DNA of 64,000 nt, taken from Candidatus Yanofskybacteria bacterium RIFCSPHIGHO2_01_FULL_44_22. GTDB taxonomy: Bacteria > Patescibacteriota > Minisyncoccia > 2-02-FULL-40-12 > GWA2-44-9. The stretch lies in contig MGJJ01000019.1 of the NCBI GenBank assembly GCA_001794205.1, forward strand, positions 1,353 to 65,352. Reading direction: 5' to 3'. This document shows, in pieces, positions 33,939 through 43,680 of this stretch. The position numbers and the translations under genes are program-made. Every line of letters begins with the position of its first letter. Position 1 is the stretch's first letter. A model generated the notes under the pieces. The model saw only the letters and a program-made list of their open reading frames with translations, searched no databases and was not told the origin of the DNA.

Positions 33939-34691
33939 TTGGTAAAAATTTTAAAAGATTCAAACATATCCATGGACAATACAAACAAAAAAGGCAACCT
34001 GAACGTACCGGCTCATAAACTGCCGAAGGCGAAAGAACCCACAGATTTCCGTTCGTCCCTTCACTGGCGGGTTTTCAGAATTTTATCGGAATTCATAGAA
34101 GGCTGGCAGTTCCTGGCCGATTTTAAAAAGACCGTAACTTTTTTCGGTTCGGCAAGATTTCCGGAAGGAAGCCAATGGTATGAGGAAGCTCGGAAGCTTG
34201 GAGAACTGGCCGCGAAAGACGGCTTTGCGATAATCACCGGCGGAGGGCCGGGGATTATGGAAGCGGGCAACCGCGGCGCCGCGGAAGCCGGAGGAAAATC
34301 TGTCGGGCTGAACATTAAATTGTTGTCAGAACAAAGAATAAATCCGTACGTTAATCAAAGTTCCGCTTTTCATTATTTTTTTGTTAGGAAGGTGATGCTT
34401 TCTTACGCAGCCAGGGCTTACGTGTTTTTTCCCGGCGGTCTCGGCACCCTTGATGAGGTTTTTGAGATTTTAACCCTTATTCAAACAAAAAAAATATCCA
34501 ACAAAATTCCCGTTGTTTTGGTCGGGAAGGAATTTTGGGAGCCGATACAGAAATTGATGCAGGAGGAAATGTGCCAGAAACTGCACTCTATTGACGAAGA
34601 AGACTTAAAGTTGTACACTATTGTCGATAACGCTGAAGACGCGTTTGAAATAGTTAAGAACGCTCCATCTCGGGAAGATTTTTTCTATTGA
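33939..34691 (+). CDS. LOG-family protein (TIGR00730 Rossmann fold; cytokinin riboside 5'-monophosphate phosphoribohydrolase-like)
   Basis: VTFFGSARFPEGSQWYEEARKLGELAAKDGFAIITGGGPGIMEA and YVFFPGGLGTLDE match the LOG family PGGxGTxxE motif. Confidence 0.8.
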   Translation: MVKILKDSNISMDNTNKKGNLNVPAHKLPKAKEPTDFRSSLHWRVFRILSEFIEGWQFLADFKKTVTFFGSARFPEGSQWYEEARKLGELAAKDGFAIITGGGPGIMEAGNRGAAEAGGKSVGLNIKLLSEQRINPYVNQSSAFHYFFVRKVMLSYAARAYVFFPGGLGTLDEVFEILTLIQTKKISNKIPVVLVGKEFWEPIQKLMQEEMCQKLHSIDEEDLKLYTIVDNAEDAFEIVKNAPSREDFFY

Positions 34692-34763
34692 TTCTCGGCT
34701 CGGCATTATCATTTTTTTCTCTCTGCCATAGTCTATTTACCATAGACCATAAATTTTTTATTT

Positions 34764-37094
34764 ATGAACGATTTTAGGCTCAACAATATTTTAATACCGG
34801 AAGAACTGCCCCTGATTGCGCTTAAGAACACGGTCTTATTCCCCAAAGCAATCACTCCGATTGTAATTCAGCGGCCGAAATCAACGGCTTCTCTTGAACA
34901 AGCTCTATTGGCCGACCGGCTGGTGTTTTTTGTCACTCAAAAAAATATAGAAGATGCCGTTGAACAGAAAGACTTATTTCAAATCGGAACTGTCGGTCGG
35001 ATAGTTTCCGTCTTCAAACTCCCCGACGGCTCGTCAAAAGTCGACGTGGAGGGGTTGGTTAGGGCGCGCATAAGCGATTTTTTAACCGAAGAACCGTTTT
35101 TTAAAGTAAAAATAGAGCCGTCGCTTCTTCTGGTTAGGAATAATCTGGAAGAAAAAGCCATGCTTAGGAGGGTGCTTGACCAATTTGGCCACGTTTCCGA
35201 AATAAAAACCTTTCCCGCGATTATGCCGGCGGTGGTTTACATGATGTCGCAGATTCGGGATATCGAGCAGATAATCAGCCTTATTTCCATTAATCTGAAC
35301 CTGGAAACCGAAAATCAGCAAAAAATATTGGAATTGGAAAGCGCGGCTGACGCCTTGAGAAAATTAAATGACCTTTTGGCGCGGGAGATTGAAATCCTTG
35401 AAGCCGAAAGAAGCGTCGCCAAAGAAACAAAAAAACAAATCGGAAAAATGCAGAAAGAAATTTTTCTGCGGGAACAGCTTAAAAGCATTGAAAAAGAACT
35501 TGGTGTTGACGACGAAAAGGGTGAGGCGGATTTATTGAGGGGTAAAATTATAGCGGCCGGTATGCCCAAAGAGGTGAAAGAAAAAGCGCTGAAAGAGTTG
35601 AACCGGTTGGCAAAAATGCCGGCTTTCAATCCCGAAGTTTCTTATTTGCGGACATACCTCGACTGGCTGGTGGAGTTGCCCTGGTCACGAAAGGACAAAG
35701 AAGACATCAATCTTAAGGAGGCAGAAAAAATTCTGGACGAAGACCATTATGGTCTGAACAAAGTAAAGGAGAGAGTCTTGGAATATTTGGCGGTTCAAAA
35801 ACAGGTCGGCAAGCTCAAGGGCCCGATTTTGTGCTTAGTCGGTCCGCCGGGTACCGGCAAAACATCAGTCGGTCAGTCCATTGCCCGGGCGTTGGGAAGA
35901 AAATTTATACGCGTATCGCTCGGCGGTTTGCGCGACGAAGCGGAAATCCGGGGTCACCGCCGGACCTATGTCGGAGCGATGCCCGGCAGAATTATCCAGG
36001 GTATTCACAGCGCCAAAACCGTCAATCCGGTTTTCATGCTTGATGAAATAGATAAAGTCGGTATGGATTTCCGCGGTGACCCGTCAGCGGCTCTTTTGGA
36101 AGCCCTTGACCCTCAGCAGAACCACTCTTTTTCCGACCATTATCTGGAAGTGCCTTATGATTTGTCGGATGTGATGTTTATTACTACGGCAAACATTTTG
36201 GATACCGTTCCTCCGGCTCTGCGCGACCGGTTGGAAATAATAGAATTTCCGGGTTATTCGGAGGACGAAAAACTGCATATTGCCAAAAATTTTCTTCTGC
36301 CCAAGCTTTTCCGGGACCACGGTCTGAAGAAAAAAACTCTCGTTTTTAACGATGCGGCCTTGGCCGACATTATCAGACAACATACCCGCGAAGCCGGCGT
36401 AAGAGACCTGGAAAGGCAATTAGCGGCGATAATACGAAAAGTGACCAAAAAACTTGTCGAACTGCCGTCGAGCCGTCAATTTGTCATCACCCAAAATGAG
36501 CTTCATAAATATCTGGGGCCGGCCAAATACACCCACCAGATTGCCGAAACCAAAGACGAAATCGGCGTAGTTACCGGTCTGGGTTGGACGCCGGTTGGCG
36601 GCGAAGTTTTTTCTATTGAAGTCGCTAAAATGCCGGGCCACGGCAAGTTGATTCTAACCGGCCAATTGGGAAATGTTATGAAGGAATCAGCCCAGGCGGC
36701 TTTAAGTTATGCCCGGGCTTATGTTTCCAAACTCGGCGTCAAGGAAAATTTCATCAAAGACGACATCCATATTCATGTTCCTTCGGGAGCGATTAAGAAA
36801 GACGGGCCCTCCGCCGGTACGGCCATTACCACGGCGCTGGTTTCTTTGTTTCTTAAAAAAGCGGTTCATAAAGAAGTTTGCATGACCGGGGAGGTAACCT
36901 TAAGAGGCAAAGTATTGGAAATAGGAGGAGTCAAAGAGAAAATTTTGGCGGCCCATCGCGCCGGACTTAAGATTGTTATCGTTCCGGCGGAAAACAAAAA
37001 AGATATGGGCGACATTCCCAAAGAAGTCAAAAAAGACCTCAAATTCGTTTTCGTGAAAACGATGGAGGACGTGCTCAAGGCGGCGCTCAAATAA
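34764..37094 (+). CDS. lon: ATP-dependent Lon protease
   Basis: LON N-domain, AAA+ Walker A (GPPGTGKTS), C-terminal protease domain with Ser-Lys dyad (DGPSAGTAI...KIVIVP). Confidence 0.95.
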   Translation: MNDFRLNNILIPEELPLIALKNTVLFPKAITPIVIQRPKSTASLEQALLADRLVFFVTQKNIEDAVEQKDLFQIGTVGRIVSVFKLPDGSSKVDVEGLVRARISDFLTEEPFFKVKIEPSLLLVRNNLEEKAMLRRVLDQFGHVSEIKTFPAIMPAVVYMMSQIRDIEQIISLISINLNLETENQQKILELESAADALRKLNDLLAREIEILEAERSVAKETKKQIGKMQKEIFLREQLKSIEKELGVDDEKGEADLLRGKIIAAGMPKEVKEKALKELNRLAKMPAFNPEVSYLRTYLDWLVELPWSRKDKEDINLKEAEKILDEDHYGLNKVKERVLEYLAVQKQVGKLKGPILCLVGPPGTGKTSVGQSIARALGRKFIRVSLGGLRDEAEIRGHRRTYVGAMPGRIIQGIHSAKTVNPVFMLDEIDKVGMDFRGDPSAALLEALDPQQNHSFSDHYLEVPYDLSDVMFITTANILDTVPPALRDRLEIIEFPGYSEDEKLHIAKNFLLPKLFRDHGLKKKTLVFNDAALADIIRQHTREAGVRDLERQLAAIIRKVTKKLVELPSSRQFVITQNELHKYLGPAKYTHQIAETKDEIGVVTGLGWTPVGGEVFSIEVAKMPGHGKLILTGQLGNVMKESAQAALSYARAYVSKLGVKENFIKDDIHIHVPSGAIKKDGPSAGTAITTALVSLFLKKAVHKEVCMTGEVTLRGKVLEIGGVKEKILAAHRAGLKIVIVPAENKKDMGDIPKEVKKDLKFVFVKTMEDVLKAALK

Positions 37095-37145
37095 AAAAGT
37101 CGGTTCTTTGTTTGTCTTGATTTTTTAACATGCTATACTCTTGGA

Positions 37146-37616
37146 ATGGAATACGTCATTCTTCTCAAAACTTTTATTGCGGCGGGGCTGGGGGCGGTTA
37201 TCGGTTTTGAAAGGGAGATGTCCCACAAAGTGGCGGGCTTGAGGACGCATACTTTGGTGTGCATGGCTTCGGCTCTTTTAACCTCGCTTGCCATTGACGG
37301 ATTCATTGAATATCTGGGAACGACGCCTTATGACCCGTCTCGAATCGTTTCCAATATTATTGTCGGCATCGGTTTCATCGGAGCCGGCGCTATTTTACGG
37401 CAGGGTTCGCGGGTGCAGGGGACTACCACCGCCGCCAGTCTTTGGGCCGTTGCCGCTGTCGGCATTACCGTGGGGCTGGGTTTTTTCAGGGAAGCCGCTG
37501 TTGTGGCCGCCGTTATTTTTTTAATTCTGCGTTTTTTGCGGGCGACGGAAGAAAAAATAATAAGCAAACTTAGGCACATGGACGGTGAAGAACCGGATGA
37601 ATCTACTGAAGAATAA
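37146..37616 (+). CDS. MgtC/SapB family membrane protein
   Basis: LKTFIAAGLGAVIGFEREMSHKVAGLRTHTLVCMASAL is typical of the MgtC N-terminal domain. Confidence 0.8.
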   Translation: MEYVILLKTFIAAGLGAVIGFEREMSHKVAGLRTHTLVCMASALLTSLAIDGFIEYLGTTPYDPSRIVSNIIVGIGFIGAGAILRQGSRVQGTTTAASLWAVAAVGITVGLGFFREAAVVAAVIFLILRFLRATEEKIISKLRHMDGEEPDESTEE

Positions 37617-38742
37617 AAATTTTTTACGGGCGACCGCCGCCTTGGTCGGCACAATGGTTGGTGTTGGGATTTTCGGCATTCCTTTTGCTTTTTCAAAAGC
37701 CGGTTTTTGGACCGGTTTTTTATTTTTAATTTTGATAGCCGCTATCACGCTTTTGGCAGATTTAATGTATGGAGAAGTGGTTCTGCGGACTCGGGCCAAA
37801 CACCAATTGGTCGGTTATACCCAGTTTTATCTCGGCCCGTTTTTTAAAAAAGCCCTTTTTTTTACGGCCGCCTTAAGCACTTATTCGGCTCTGTTGGCTT
37901 ACATCATCATTTCCGGCGATTTTATGAATAATGTTTTTTCTTGGGTTTTTTATGTTTCGCCGGAATCTTACAGCATAATTTTTTTTGTCGTCTTGTCCTT
38001 GCTGATTTTAAGAGGTCTTAAAACTGTTTCTTGGGCGGAGCTTTTGCTGACCGCTCTATTTTTTGCGGTTGTCCTGGGCATTTTTTTTCTTAGTTTGGAT
38101 AAACTGAATTTCTCAAATTTTAAAGGCGGCGCTTTGGAATTTTGGTTTTTGCCGTATGGAATTTTATTGTTTGCTTTTGCCGGCCTGCCGGCCGTTCCGC
38201 TCCAAAGGGAAATATTGGGCAGCGGTTCGGAACGGCTTTTTAAAAAATCTATTTTTGCGGCGGTGATTTTGGCGGCGGCGCTGTATTTCGTCTTTGCTTT
38301 TACGGTACTGGGAATTTCCGGGGACACTACCACGCCGGATGCAATTTCGGGGCTTTTTGGTCCGCTGGGCGGCGCCATAGTCTTCTTGGGTTCGGTTTTC
38401 GGTCTTCTGGCCGTCAGTACTTCGTATTTGATGCTTGGCACCGCCTTTACGGAAATTTTTCATTTGGATTTCAAACTCTCAAAAACGGCTTCCTGGTTTT
38501 TGACGGTTTTGCCGCCGTTTGTTCTTTTTTTGGGCGGAATGCGGACATTCATCGATGTTGTGAGTTTGGCCGGTTCGGTCGGCATAGGGCTGGAAGGGGC
38601 GATTTTGGTTTTTCTGTTCATGAAAGCGAAATCAAAAGGCGACCGCGAACCGGAATACAGTCTGCGAGTTCCCAAGTGGCTTTTGTTCGGTTTAATCGGT
38701 ATGTTTATTGCCGGTTCGGTGTATGCCATATTTATTAAGTAA
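37585..38742 (+). CDS. Amino-acid permease-like polytopic membrane protein (aromatic amino acid/Aa_trans-like)
   Basis: ~11 predicted TM segments. The N-terminal TMVGVGIFGIPFAFSKAG is typical of amino acid transporter families. The 5' end overlaps the MgtC gene in another frame. Confidence 0.55.
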   Translation: MKNRMNLLKNKNFLRATAALVGTMVGVGIFGIPFAFSKAGFWTGFLFLILIAAITLLADLMYGEVVLRTRAKHQLVGYTQFYLGPFFKKALFFTAALSTYSALLAYIIISGDFMNNVFSWVFYVSPESYSIIFFVVLSLLILRGLKTVSWAELLLTALFFAVVLGIFFLSLDKLNFSNFKGGALEFWFLPYGILLFAFAGLPAVPLQREILGSGSERLFKKSIFAAVILAAALYFVFAFTVLGISGDTTTPDAISGLFGPLGGAIVFLGSVFGLLAVSTSYLMLGTAFTEIFHLDFKLSKTASWFLTVLPPFVLFLGGMRTFIDVVSLAGSVGIGLEGAILVFLFMKAKSKGDREPEYSLRVPKWLLFGLIGMFIAGSVYAIFIK

Positions 38743-38768
38743 ATTGATGATTGTTAATTGTTATTTGA

Positions 38769-39317
38769 TTGATGACTAAATATCAAAATGTGTCCAAAAC
38801 TCAGGCGGTTCGCAGGGGTTCCATAGCGCCCCGTCGGAAACGCGCTCCAAAAGACGAGCAGGAGTTTGGTTTGGCTGGAAGCGGTTATATTTTATGTTCC
38901 GATTGCAAGAGCGTTTTTTTTGACAAGTCGTGGCATCATCGGCTGGACGAGGACAAGCATTTTTCGGCAGAAAAAAATAAAAACATAAAATTTGCGATTT
39001 GCCCGGCTTGCGATATGCTGAAAAAGAAGGAATATGAGGGAGAGCTGATAATCAGAATCAAGAATCAAGAAGCAAGAATTAAAAAAGACGAAGTGTTAAA
39101 TTCAATTCAGAACTCCGACGAAATGGCGCGGGAAAGAGACCCGATGGACAGGGTGCTATGGACGGAAAATAACGGCGATGAAATCAAAGTTTACACCTCC
39201 GAAAATCAGCTTGCCGTCATAATCGGCAAAAAATTGGACTCATCTTTCCCCGGCGGGAAACTTAAAATAGAACACAGTCACGGCGAGGATTTAATAAGGG
39301 TTTTCTGGGAAAGATAA
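38769..39317 (+). CDS. Hypothetical protein with Cys-pair zinc-ribbon-like motifs
   Basis: CSDCKS...H and CPACD pairs. Otherwise charged, no family recognised. Confidence 0.4.
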   Translation: MMTKYQNVSKTQAVRRGSIAPRRKRAPKDEQEFGLAGSGYILCSDCKSVFFDKSWHHRLDEDKHFSAEKNKNIKFAICPACDMLKKKEYEGELIIRIKNQEARIKKDEVLNSIQNSDEMARERDPMDRVLWTENNGDEIKVYTSENQLAVIIGKKLDSSFPGGKLKIEHSHGEDLIRVFWER

Positions 39318-39420
39318 CCGCTTCGCTTTGCCTCCTCCTGCATTTTCCATGCTTCGAAGCATCCTACAACCTCCTCCGCGCTTCGGAGCGCCGTCTTTTT
39401 TCAATCTGCTCGGCCGTTTA

Positions 39421-39462
39421 GGATAAACAAGGGATTTCTTGCAAGAAATCCCTTGTTTATCC
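39421..39462. repeat. 42-nt perfect palindrome ggataaacaagggatttctt-gcaagaaatcccttgtttatcc nested inside an 11-bp inverted repeat (gccgtcttttt 39390-39400 / aaaaagacggc 39483-39493)
   Basis: Read directly. It lies in a 325-nt noncoding region that also holds a 14-nt palindrome atgcttcgaagcat (39348-39361) and the hairpin gcgcttcggagcgc (39378-39391). Confidence 0.8.
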
Positions 39463-39643
39463 TGGCCTGCGAGAACTTATTCAAAAAGACGGCACATCCT
39501 CCGCCGGTTGATTGTGTAAGTGGCTGATGCTTGAGCGAGAAAGGTCAAACGAATCAATACATCCGAGGCACTTGAGAAGGTGAGGAGGGGGCAAGAAAAT
39601 GGGGCGGAGCGGTGATTGAGTAAAATCATGCTATAATAATTCC

Positions 39644-41035
39644 GTGAATATTTTCAGGAAAATTGAAGAAATTTTATTTTATTTCCTTCTTTTTGCCATT
39701 CCGTTTCAGGCGCGGAAGATATTATGGCAGCAGAATTGGTATTTTAACGAGTGGCAGGCGATATCACTTTATCTTACCGATTTAATTTTACTTGTCTTAT
39801 TTGTATTCTGGGTTTTATTTAATTTTCGCGGTAGGCAAATTTTCAATTTTCAATTTTCAATTTTCAATAAATTTCCCAATTTCCCAATTTCCAAATTTTT
39901 TCAGTCAGATTTTTTTCTTACAAGCTTTCTCATTGTAGCGGCAATTTCAATCAAAAATTCAAGCAATGCGGTCATAAGTTTATTTCAATTTGTTAAATTG
40001 GCCGAGTTTATCGCTTTTTATTTTTATCTCAAGCACTACGCTTTTTTTAGATTCAGTTTTGTCAAAGCCCTTTTAGCTGTTTTTATTGGTGGCGCCGTTC
40101 AGGCCGTTATCGCCATTGGGCAATTTATTAAACAATCTGATTTGGGATTAAGGTGGTTGGGCGAGAGTGCGCTTAGTTCGAATTTGAGCGGCGTGGCTTC
40201 GTTTTTTAACTCCGCCGGCGAAAAAATTATTCGCGCTTATGGCGCGACTCCTCATCCCAATATTTTGGCGGCGTACCTGTTCCTGGCTATTTTTATTTTT
40301 TATTTTTTGCGGCTTTATAAACCGCAAGCTCTTCGTAACCTTAGTGGAGTAGGGCTTATGATTTTCTATAGTGTTTTACTTTTGGGGCTATTTTTCTCAT
40401 TTTCCCGAACCATTATTTTTTTATGGGCGGCCGGTTTTGCGGCGCGAGCGGCGTTGATATGGTTTAAAAAGGATTTCAGAACCGAATTTTGGCGGGATTC
40501 AGCCGTACGGCGCAGGCTTATCTTAATTTTAATCGCGACCATTATTACAATGGGCATCTTTGCAGTCGTCTGGTGGCCGGAAGTTTCCAGCCGGCTTAAA
40601 TTATCGTCAAGCGATGAGGCGGTGCGGTTGAGAATCTTTTACGGCAAAGAAGCTTTGAAATCAGGCTCAAATTGGTTTGGCGTCGGAATCGGTAATTTCG
40701 TCAATTGGCTCTCGGCGCTTGAACCGAATTTGTCCCGCCAGCTTTACCAGCCGGTCCACAATATTTATCTTCTGATTTATTCGGAAACGGGCATGTTGGG
40801 CCTGGCGTCATTTGTTTTATTTTTGATATTTTTAATAAAAGATTTTCTAAATAGAACAAAAATGAAAGAACTTTATAATTATTCGTTTTTGCTGATTTTC
40901 GTTTCAATTTTGATTATCGGTTTCTTTGACCATTTTCTTTTTACGATTCAGCAAGGGAGATTTATCTTTTGGCTGGGAGCGGCTTTATTGACTTCTAATT
41001 TCCAGGAGATTTTGTATTATAGAAAAAATGCCTAA
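39644..41035 (+). CDS. O-antigen ligase/polymerase (Wzy_C) family membrane protein
   Basis: ~11 TM helices and a large periplasmic loop. The N-terminal region contains a low-complexity insert encoded by heptamer repeats. Confidence 0.7.
   Translation: MNIFRKIEEILFYFLLFAIPFQARKILWQQNWYFNEWQAISLYLTDLILLVLFVFWVLFNFRGRQIFNFQFSIFNKFPNFPISKFFQSDFFLTSFLIVAAISIKNSSNAVISLFQFVKLAEFIAFYFYLKHYAFFRFSFVKALLAVFIGGAVQAVIAIGQFIKQSDLGLRWLGESALSSNLSGVASFFNSAGEKIIRAYGATPHPNILAAYLFLAIFIFYFLRLYKPQALRNLSGVGLMIFYSVLLLGLFFSFSRTIIFLWAAGFAARAALIWFKKDFRTEFWRDSAVRRRLILILIATIITMGIFAVVWWPEVSSRLKLSSSDEAVRLRIFYGKEALKSGSNWFGVGIGNFVNWLSALEPNLSRQLYQPVHNIYLLIYSETGMLGLASFVLFLIFLIKDFLNRTKMKELYNYSFLLIFVSILIIGFFDHFLFTIQQGRFIFWLGAALLTSNFQEILYYRKNA
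39836..39893 (+). repeat. Simple-sequence repeats in coding region: (aattttc)x4 followed by (aatttccc)x2
   Basis: Read directly. It encodes QIFNFQFSIFNKFPNFPIS near the N-terminus of the Wzy-like protein. Confidence 0.85.
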
Positions 41036-41642
41036 TCGTCTAAACGACAACAGAACCGAATTGCTCAAACAAATTAGAGACGAAGTTGTTAATTTTAAAA
41101 ATTCGCCGTTATATCAAGAAAGAATAAAGAACAAAGTTTTTCCGGTGATAGGCGAAGGGAGCCATTATGCCAAGATTATGTTCATTGGCGAGGCGCCGGG
41201 CCGGAATGAAGCTCAAACCGGCCGGCCATTTTGCGGCGCGGCTGGTAAAATTCTTGATGAGTTGCTTGCCTCGGCGGGCATAAAAAGAGAAGATGTTTAT
41301 ATCACCAACATAGTCAAAGACCGGCCGCCGTTTAATCGCGACCCCCTGCCGGAAGAAATCGAAGCCTATGCCCCTTTTCTTGCCCGCCAGATAGAAATCA
41401 TTAAGCCGGAAATAATCGCTACTTTGGGCCGGTTTGCCATGGCTTACATTATGAAACGTTTCAGCTTGGAGAATAGCCTTGATTCCATAAGTCGTTTGCA
41501 CGGCAGAATATTTGAAACTGAAGCGTCTTACGGTAAAATCAAGGTTATTCCTCTTTATCATCCTGCCGTTGCCGTTTATAATGCGAATACCAAAGAAGAA
41601 CTGCTTCAAGATTTTCAAACATTGAGGTCCGGCATCGAATAA
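41028..41642 (+). CDS. Uracil-DNA glycosylase family 4 (Fe-S type)
   Basis: GEGSHYAKIMFIGEAPGRNEAQTGRPFCGAAGKILDELL and the HPA motif region are typical of family 4 UDG. The start overlaps the Wzy gene by 8 nt. Confidence 0.85.
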   Translation: MPNRLNDNRTELLKQIRDEVVNFKNSPLYQERIKNKVFPVIGEGSHYAKIMFIGEAPGRNEAQTGRPFCGAAGKILDELLASAGIKREDVYITNIVKDRPPFNRDPLPEEIEAYAPFLARQIEIIKPEIIATLGRFAMAYIMKRFSLENSLDSISRLHGRIFETEASYGKIKVIPLYHPAVAVYNANTKEELLQDFQTLRSGIE

Positions 41643-41669
41643 GTCGGATAAAAGGCAGAACTTGCGCAT

Positions 41670-42344
41670 ATGGAAGGATTATTAAATTTTTTTCAAGACA
41701 ATTTCCCGTTTCTGATTTCCCACCGCTATCTTTTTCTTTTTCTTGGCGGGGCCATTGAGGGTTTAAACACGATGGTGTTGGGCGGATTTTTGGCGTCCGT
41801 CGGAGGTATCGCCCTCTTGCCGATTTTTTTCATCTTCGTGGCCGGATATACTCTCAACGGTTACATTTGGTATCTGGTTGGCTATTTGGCCGGCGCCAAG
41901 CCGATTGACAAATGGGGCCGCAAAGACCCCAAAAGCCGGAAAATCATAGAAAAAGTTGAAGAGTATTTTGAGCGATACAGCGGACGAGCCATAGTAATCA
42001 CGAAATTTACCTTTTCTCTCACCATCGCGACGCTTATTATGGCCGGTTCTCTGAAATACAACTTGAAAAAATTCAGCTGGTATAATTTTTTGGGGTCAAT
42101 AGGATGGGTTGCGGTGACCCTGTTTATCGGATATTTTTTCGGCCAAAGTTATAAATTCTTCCTGGTTTATCTTAGGAATCTCACTTATTTTATCGTGTTT
42201 TTGGGAGGAGCGGTGGCGCTGATTTATCTTTTAAAATTATTTTTTAAATCAACATTTGTAAGGACGCTTTTTATAAGCGAAAAAATCAAAGAATTCAGCG
42301 AAAAAATAAAGGATGGATTTGATAAGTTTCTATCTGACCGGTGA
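41670..42344 (+). CDS. DedA/VTT-domain family membrane protein
   Basis: RYLFLFLGGAIEGLNTMVLGGFLAS matches the DedA signature. 4-6 TM. Confidence 0.8.
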   Translation: MEGLLNFFQDNFPFLISHRYLFLFLGGAIEGLNTMVLGGFLASVGGIALLPIFFIFVAGYTLNGYIWYLVGYLAGAKPIDKWGRKDPKSRKIIEKVEEYFERYSGRAIVITKFTFSLTIATLIMAGSLKYNLKKFSWYNFLGSIGWVAVTLFIGYFFGQSYKFFLVYLRNLTYFIVFLGGAVALIYLLKLFFKSTFVRTLFISEKIKEFSEKIKDGFDKFLSDR

Positions 42345-42394
42345 GGGGCTGTGGATTGTTTTACTTGACCGTTTGTGGTATCATTTAAATACAT

Positions 42395-43609
42395 ATGAAT
42401 ATTGGAAAAATTGCTCGTTTTTTCTTTGTTTTGGCGTTTATCGGAGCGGCCGGTTTTGCGCAAGCCGCCCAGGACGACACTCGTTATTTTGTTAAATCTA
42501 CCGCCGGTTTTTGGAAAAAATCATTTGGAGTAAGACACGCTTTTACCGAAGGTTTTACCGCCGATTTATCGGATTTTCAGTTGAAATTGGCTAAAATATT
42601 TGGCGTGGAAATAGAACCGGTAAGAAAGTTAAGCATTTTGCCGGCGGCGGAGCCGGAGCAGCAGCAGCCTGTTCTCAAGGGAGGCAAGCCTTTCGATGCC
42701 GTTCGGGGCAAGCCATCTGTCAGACAAATGCCGTCGGAAAGCGTTCCTTGGGGCGTTAAGACTGTTTATAATGACCCGTTTCTTGCCAAATCATCGGGTG
42801 GCGCCGGCGCAAAAGTGGCTGTTTTGGATTCCGGCGTATTAAGAACTCATTTGGATTTGAAAAACCGAATTTTGGATTGCAAAGATTTTACCGCCGCGAA
42901 AACTCCGGTTGTTGACGGAAAATGTGAAGACAAAAACGGCCACGGCACTCACGTCGCCGGCATTATTGCCGCCGACGGTGGAAGCGACGGACTGGGTATT
43001 TACGGAGTTGCTCCGGAAGCGGAATTGATGATTTACAAAGTTTGCGGCAACAACGGTTCTTGCTGGGCTGATGATATTGCCGTAGCTATGAAATTGGCCG
43101 CTGACAACGGAGCCCAGATAATCAACTTAAGTTTGGGTTCAGATGCTCCAAGTCCGCTAATAACGGATGCTACCGTTTACGCCGCGCTAAAAAATGTTAT
43201 GGTTGTGGCGGCCGCCGGAAACGACGGGCCGTATGCCGGCAGTATTGATTATCCGGGAGCTGACCCGAATGTAGTCGGAGTTGGCGCCTTAGACATTAAT
43301 TTGTCGATTCCGGAATGGAGTTCGCGGGGCAATAATTCAATTTCTACGCCTTATGTCATGGAAGACCAAGACATTGAGTTTGCCGCTCCGGGGGTTAACG
43401 CAGAATCAACTTGGAAAGACGGCGGCTATGCCATTTTATCGGGGACGTCCATGGCCGCTCCTCATGTGGCCGGTCTAGCCGCCAAACTCTGGCAGGCCGA
43501 TGCTTTAAACCCAATGGCTGCCACCCGCGACCTGCTTCATAAATATTCCATTGACCTATTGCCGTTTGGCGATGATGATTCGTCCGGTTGGGGATTGCCG
43601 AGGCTCTAA
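42395..43609 (+). CDS. Secreted subtilisin-like serine protease (peptidase S8)
   Basis: Signal peptide. Catalytic triad contexts VAVLDSGV (Asp), HGTHVAGIIAA (His), GTSMAAPHVAG (Ser). Confidence 0.85.
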   Translation: MNIGKIARFFFVLAFIGAAGFAQAAQDDTRYFVKSTAGFWKKSFGVRHAFTEGFTADLSDFQLKLAKIFGVEIEPVRKLSILPAAEPEQQQPVLKGGKPFDAVRGKPSVRQMPSESVPWGVKTVYNDPFLAKSSGGAGAKVAVLDSGVLRTHLDLKNRILDCKDFTAAKTPVVDGKCEDKNGHGTHVAGIIAADGGSDGLGIYGVAPEAELMIYKVCGNNGSCWADDIAVAMKLAADNGAQIINLSLGSDAPSPLITDATVYAALKNVMVVAAAGNDGPYAGSIDYPGADPNVVGVGALDINLSIPEWSSRGNNSISTPYVMEDQDIEFAAPGVNAESTWKDGGYAILSGTSMAAPHVAGLAAKLWQADALNPMAATRDLLHKYSIDLLPFGDDDSSGWGLPRL

Positions 43610-43680
43610 AAATATGCAAATTGAATGAAAATTAAAAAGCCGCTTTTGCGGCTTTTTAACTTCTTTGATAGAATTAAAAC

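Noticed and set aside
39836-39893. Possibility that the SSR tracts mark a pseudogene
   Set aside because: The reading frame is intact across the tract in this assembly, and the downstream protein has full Wzy-like topology. It is treated as a potential phase-variable gene.
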